The notes under the pieces are model-generated. The model was not told the DNA's origin and did not search any database. It was given only the letters and a program-made list of their open reading frames with translations. A stretch of DNA of 64,000 nucleotides from NCBI GenBank assembly GCA_030141605.1, contig JAQGDQ010000037.1:248001-312000 (forward strand), in the 5' to 3' direction. This DNA is from Tubiluchus corallicola (lineage: Eukaryota > Animalia > Priapulida). Shown piece after piece: positions 57,325 through 64,000 of this stretch. A program made the translations under genes and the position numbers. Every line of letters begins with the position of its first letter. Position 1 is the stretch's first letter.

Positions 57325-59565
57325 TTTTATAAAATGTTGTTAATAAGCAAAAAACTATATGTAGTTTACCTAGTAACCCACTCGACATTTCTCTTAATAC
57401 GTGTAATATAGTTGATCACCATATTAATTACCGTTTTATTTTTTTATACAATTTTCGTCTTGTTTGACAATGTCATATACATGTATGCTACTGTCCAGTC
57501 ACTTAAGCTTTCAGTAATTATTCAACTGGCTGTGTTACAATCGTTATAATCGCTTCCTGTACCATTTCTCGATCTCTGTCATCAGCCATTTTTCGATCTC
57601 TGTCATCATGGAGCTTGTTGAATTTGTAACCACTTCAGAATTACAGCTGTGACTGGGCGCTAGTGCTTTATTCTTTTTCTTTCCATGGAGGATCTAAGTC
57701 TGTCTCCGCTTTTAACACAAGAAGGAGAAGGTGTGTCCACGTCTAATGAGATAAATACACCAAAAATAATAACGTGCAAGTAAAAGCAGTAACGTATTAA
57801 AAGTCACCTGACGCCTGATTGTTATTTTTAAAGTGAAAACTACCACGTCACTTTTTGATGCGGTTTTATTATTTACTTCTGTTAAAAGAAGAACGTAGTG
57901 CTAATATCAACCAGTAAAGAACCGTTTCTTAGTAACAATACGAATTGAAAAAATTTACGTTAAACGGTATTAATATTATGAATTAATGCAGCTGTTAAAG
58001 ACAAAGTTGTTATAGTAGAAAATTTTATTTTATTTAAATGATAATCACTGATTTTATTGGCAGTCCTATAATAAGTTATAGAATGAATTAAGTCAAAAAC
58101 TATGTCATTCTGAGAAAAATTAAAAGGTCTGCATGCATGAAGACAAGTTTCAATTATTGTTCAGCAACAGTGTTAGTAACAATTGTTACTGTAGACAGCA
58201 AATGATGACTACAAAATACTGAGAAGTAACAGGTATAACAAGTATATAAAAAGCATTAAATAAATAAACCGAAAATATATTTATTTACTGTAACAGCACA
58301 CACATCAAATCAGCGCAACTTGTATTCCATTTTGGAAGAATTACTCAGTTATCATCTTTGCGGGCCTGCTTAAGGTAAGATGTCATCTAGGCATGAGGAA
58401 GCCATTTGCTTATTTAAAAGTTTGAGTCATTGCTAAGTGGTTCAGCACTGCTGACAGCCATGCAGCTGAATCAGCAGGTCGACCCGCTTCCTTTGTTTGA
58501 CTGCATAAAACATGTATGCGCGTCATCGCTCGCAAAGGGCATACAGCTAAAATCAAACGTAACTTTACCTCCTGAAAACACAGGCTTTTATGTTGAGCGA
58601 CGAGAAAAGTGTATTTTGACAGATATCAATAATGCAAGTTGAAACTCCGTTAAAAAGCTGCGTGCAGGCTAGAATGGTTGGTTAAAATTTAACGAATGTC
58701 ATTCATCAGTGCAGAAACTCACACTAAAGGCGCATCTAACCCCGCTGAGGTGGATATCGGTAACATCACCCAAACTTTTCGATACCTAAAACCATCTCTA
58801 ATAATTTTTTTGCAGAATTATCGTTGTAGAATGGACGGTAATGGCTTTAAAATGTTTGCCATTCTTTAATGGCTCCCCGAAACTCTAATTACGCACAAAC
58901 TTACCGATGAAATGGCTTCTCACAGCTTCACGCTGCTCACTAGGATGCTGAATAATTAAGCAACAGGTATTTATCGACGCAATTAAAAGTGTTTAACACC
59001 GTGACTATTCATGTTTCACACGGGTCGATTAAATCTGAAAATTCTTCAACGAGTTAATTTTAGAGTTTATATAACGGTTAAACTAAATAAAAGGCTAAAT
59101 ACACATACATACATACAAACAATTTCAACATCTGCGCGGAATATCTCCAGTCCGCACTATGCCCTGGGTTAAAGCGGCCTAGGATAGATTATACTGCGGA
59201 TATAATATGGCTTAGGCCAATTCATACCCTCAGGTCAGATTATACCCCACATGATATTAGCAGTATTGAGTGATATACACAGGAATTACTTAATTTTTCA
59301 ACATCTTATTGGGGTTTCAGTTTTGTCAGGTAATTTAAGAGAGAAAGCTAACTAACTTAAATTTTGAAATAAGACCACAACTCTGAACACATAGACTTTC
59401 ATTACTCCAACCAGGAAAACCACAATCAGAAAAATATTAGACTTCACAAAGATCATTCATTAGTACCACACTTCTCAGTAGTGTTTACACATCAAATAAA
59501 AGCACATGCCCAAAACAATATAATGCAATTGTAACATAATCTTCAATTAACTTGACAGTTCCCGG

Positions 59566-59843
59566 CAGGGCCTATTTCGGGGGGGGGGAGTGGGGATACT
59601 TCCCCGGGGCCTCACCCTCCAGGGGCCTTGCGCCGAGGTAACATTTTTTTGCTTTATGCGAATATTCAATTGTTCTTTCCTTTAACAACTGTATAACTCC
59701 ATATTTTCTCTTCGAAAATGCTTCTCCGGCATTCTAGCAGTTCAAAAATTTTCTGGGCGCCAACCATGGTGGCGCCCCCCCCCCCCGAGGGGACCTCAAA
59801 CGCCCCACTTCCCCGGGCCTCGGTTAGGCTGAAATAGGCCCTG
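59566..59843. mobile_element. hAT-type MITE (278 bp)
   Basis: Perfect 13-bp TIR CAGGGCCTATTTC / GAAATAGGCCCTG; 8-bp flanks GTTCCCGG and GTTCCCAA match at 6 of 8; GC-rich subterminal runs. Confidence 0.82.
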
Positions 59844-62829
59844 GTTCCCAATGCAATAAAAGTCATACCGTTGATCAAATGTGGGTATTTTTGTTGTGCT
59901 GCAGTGTAGAATGTCAAAAGCTGATCATACAGTTGGTCTTCAATGGTTGTCAAAGTTGGAAAACTGAAGAAGTTTGGTGCTAGAAGAAGCATATACTCTG
60001 TCTTGAGCCCAACTTTACCCAAGTTTATTTTGGGCAGGGGCTAGACCGGAACGATGTTCTAATATGTTAAAAGGAAGATAAGGTCTTTAACTGGTGCAAG
60101 TTTTAACAACTTAGTTGGTGCTACGGTTTTGCCGTGGAACATTGAAACAGTGACAGGAAAAATAAATTTAGATTTATGTCAAAGTAAACAAATGATTAGT
60201 GTGGCCATAAGCTTAGTGTCAACTGTCATCTTAGCTTTTTCTGGGAGGAAATGCTCTTTCAAAACACACGAAGCTGAATACCACCCCATGCTCTACTAAC
60301 TCCTTCCTTAAGTTATTTCACGTTACCCTTGATCGTGTTCATATACTACATAATGAATTCGTGTAAATGTTTCAGTACTTTTGACTTATTGTTCAAGAAT
60401 CTTTCACGAGTTATAAATTTAGAATTTGTGAAGTTCTTGATATATTAATTATTACGATGTTTTTGTAAAAGTCTTAAAATGTTTCCAGAACTAATCTCAG
60501 ACGTGCGTAAAAAATTTTTTGCCTGTTATCGTATAAGGAAAGTACGTCGATTTTTCACTCTTATATTGGCTGTCTATTTAATACTCATCTTTTTTTGAAA
60601 TTCTAAAAATTGGCAACACGGTGAAACCACTATAAAAACCGCATCTTTGTCAACTTAAATTGTTAACTTCTGTTTGTCAGTTGTATGCTGTCGGTGAAAG
60701 CTTTCGTCAAAAGTTTCTATGTGGTTTAACAGGTTTTGCTATTGTGATTTGTGAAGAATGACGCAACAGTCCTTGTGTCGTTTTGTATTCATTCATTCAA
60801 AGTAATTTAATCAAATTAAACAATCTGAAAAACGTCATGTAGACGCACAAAAAAGAACGGAAGTAACATGGACGCTGATACACAAATTATACAAAACGTC
60901 CGTATAAAAGTACCTATTGCCTACACAATTTTCATGAGTATAGGTATAACTGGTTGCAATTAGCGTGTTGAAAATTTTGTACCATTTCGGAATAATGCAC
61001 TTCATTTTAAATAAACACTTCGTCATTATAACAGACGACCAATCGCATTTGTGAACGAAACTACAACCCCAACCTACGTTTATTTTCAGAAAAGCCAGTG
61101 CCTATTGCAATCAAAAAGCCACACACATAAAGTTTACCATAAGCAGGTAAACAAACACAGAGATGGTAAATAAAATTATCAGTCGAGTAATGTACTTTAT
61201 GTTAACAAAAGGTTAAATGTTGGCTTTATTTAGCTCAATTTTACAAATAAACTTTGAATAACTTAGCTAGTGTTTACTTATGCCAACTGATTTTTGTTCT
61301 GCAGCTGTCCAATGATGATTTTGTTTGATGTTAAAGCGAAAATTTTACTAATTGATCACATTGACCAGTGTCCATGCAGTCGATTCCATGTCAATGGGTC
61401 AGAACAACTATTTATAAACATTACCAAGTAAGGTTGCCGTCACAAAGACTCATTGTGTTGGTAAGGGCCTTTTCGTAATTAAATTGTTAAAGCCCAGAAA
61501 TTTTTTTGTTTAAATTTGTTGAATCCTACGGGTCTATTCACACTGCGCATTACAAAGAATAATTAAAAAGTAAAAGCAACTTTTTGAAGTGAATTATTAA
61601 GTCCTGAAATGGCTTCAGAATTTGGGGTTATAACAATTTGTCTGGGGGTTTTATTAACAATTTTTGAGTAACAGCTCGGTGCTGACGTGAGAAATTTTAT
61701 ATTTAATTTCGCAAACAAAATAAACAATTATATTGTTATCATCAAGCATAAAGTATAATAACAAAAATTAAATTATAATATGAAATATGTGCGGACTATT
61801 TGTTTTACCTAAGCTACATATGGAGAAGTTTCTCATTTCGTATTTTTTAAGATTTGTAAAGTATTTTCCTACTATAATAATTTAAGACAAAAACAGTTTC
61901 CCTAAAGGCAGCTCCATCATACTGTTTATGCATTTCAGAAGATAATATTATTTAAAATTGACAAGGTGCTTTTTAGCGATGTAAATCATGTCTATGTAAT
62001 CAGTATTGCAGAGTTGCCTTTTAGAGAAACTGATATTTTGTTTTAAATTATTATAGTAGGAAAATTATTCTTTACAAATCTTGAAAAATGCGCAAGCCTT
62101 TGTGAAATAAGAAATGTTATTGTTTTAGTTGCCTTGGTGAAAGTAAATAAAAAAAACTAAAACCTGTTGAATGATATTCCAGTATTGAGCATGACAAAAT
62201 TACCTTAACACTTTCTTATAACTGGTAGGTTAATTAGTCAATTTTAGCAACTATATTTGTTTGCGTAGGCTTGATCTATCTAAGTTTAAGGTTTTTTTAG
62301 ACAGCCTAAGGTTAAAACAAAGCGTAATTTATCCGAAGATCTTTACCCATTTGTGTTTTTGTCTAAAAGCATCTTTTCGTGTAACACAACGTCAGCATTT
62401 TGTCCTGTTTTTTTTTTCAAGTGTATAGGATGGTGTCATGTACGCCGTATATATACTTCTTTTTTGTTGTTGTGTTGTTGCTGTGTGTTCGTTGGTTGGT
62501 GCAATAAATTTTAAATTCTAATTCATGTTTTTATTGACATTGATATGAGTGATTAATTAATAGCCGATAAAACACATTGATACTCAGGCGGTTTCACAAA
62601 CTTACTTAAATCTAAAGTTTTGCCAATTTATTGGAATTATAGGTAAGTGGAAAGTGTTTCAAAAAATCTAATATATAAGAAAAGCACGACGCTATTTGTT
62701 CAACTCCTTTTACTGCCTCTCCTGTTTTATTTCCAAGCAGAACAGTTCAATAGTTAACCAGTAAACCGTGATCTTGCTCTATGAAATGTGTTTATATGTG
62801 ATTTTCTCCCATTACGCAGCGGCATAGAT

Positions 62830-63316
62830 GAGAAGGGGGCGTGGCTTCATCATTTCTTTGCACTTGATTGGCTGCGTTCTGCGGTTTGGGTTTTGTGATT
62901 GTGCAAATACTCGTCTTTTCAATAGAAAACATGTCTGTATGGGCAAAATTATCCCCAATTAACATTTAGTAATAGCTGGCAGCCGCGTGCTTTTTATCCG
63001 CTCGTGACAAACTTTGTCTGAGAGTGAAGGATGAAGACTGTTCGACGCACCTGCACAGAATTAGTAACTTCAGCTGTTAATCACCTTCAAATTCCAAAAA
63101 AAGTTGCTAAATAATTTATACGACTATCCACATTTCAGTAAAATATTTCTTGTGAAAATTAAAAACGATTCTTTCTTTTTAAAATTGTCGTTGGTGTATT
63201 TTAATTTGCTTTGCAGTTGTAGTTTTTTGTGATTCAGTATAAAAGTTATTTTTTCTCATAAAGACTGGACCAATTTCTGGTGAAATTACTGCGGCACTTT
63301 CTTATAATGGGTAAGT
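62830..63316 (+). promoter_or_regulatory. Probable promoter and first exon of a downstream gene
   Basis: GC/KLF box GGGGGCGTGGC (62835-62845), reverse CCAAT box GATTGGC (62866-62872), CpG-rich stretch, then ATGG|GTAAGT (ATG 63307, donor 63311). Confidence 0.5.
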
Positions 63317-64000
63317 AGAACAAAAATAAATTTCTTTTACTTTCCTTATTCTTCAGCCAACTTAATTTTGACACAGTTCTATGTCATGTATCACTTGCGA
63401 TCTGATAGCCTTTAATTCCGTAAATAATATACATTTATCAGTATATAAATGTGGCTGTGCATTACAAAAATATATTTACCAATGTTTAATACAGTACGAT
63501 TGCATATCACTAAGTTTACAAGCTAGGCCTATAATTGTATTTAATATCTAAGAAAGTGCGGCGGAAAAAATAACAACTGCATGGGTGAGATCTATATAGC
63601 CCTACTGGCCTTCAACAATTTAGTTACGCGCCAAAGGCGATCAAGAAGAAAGAACAAATCAATAAGAATATTAAAGTCCTAAAAATCATTTTTGTGGACA
63701 AAGTGTAATATTTTTTCCTTGGAGAGAATAACCTCTTGATAGACGAATTCTAATATAGGCTATATAAAGTCAAAAAATAAAAAGTATAGCTATCTCACGA
63801 AATGATTTCCATTCCGTACATGAATAAATTCTTTAATATACTGTATAAACTTACACGTTACTAATTTGTTGTTTGTGTGTGAATGTCTATATAAAACCTT
63901 ATATCTATATACTGCTAACTTTCTAGTAGAAAATTTTACACACAGATATTTAATTCAATTATTGGGCAACCGAAATCTACGCAAAACTATTTTCATTATT

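Noticed and set aside
59666-60022. 118-aa ORF
   Set aside because: About half is read-through of the GC-rich hAT MITE; non-ATG start and no motif.

Overview
AT-rich, intron-rich eukaryotic (animal, probably invertebrate) genomic DNA, not a prokaryotic region. Three protein-coding genes can be rebuilt by hand from GT-AG splice sites and reading-frame phase. (1) A Raver (RAVER1/2-like, PTB-binding, three-RRM) gene on the minus strand, with 8 exons from ATG 32402 running off the left edge. (2) An intronless, unusually diverged CHMP2A/Vps2 (ESCRT-III) ORF on the plus strand (32989-33654), head-to-head with Raver. (3) A 7-coding-exon GTF2E2 (TFIIE-beta) gene on the plus strand (35976-44701), with a decayed RTE-type LINE in intron 5. 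A probable promoter and first exon of a fourth gene lies at the right edge (about 62830-63310). Introns and the 46-62 kb intergenic stretch hold LINE remnants, tRNA-derived SINE heads, MITEs (hAT-, Ginger-, Harbinger- and Helentron-like) and microsatellites. The leads most worth checking are: the CHMP2A retrogene candidate, which may share a non-coding first exon with GTF2E2; two separate inverted pairs of Penelope-type minimal hammerhead-like motifs; and a candidate poison exon in Raver intron 2. All calls were made by eye. Family names come from remembered motifs, not from database searches.
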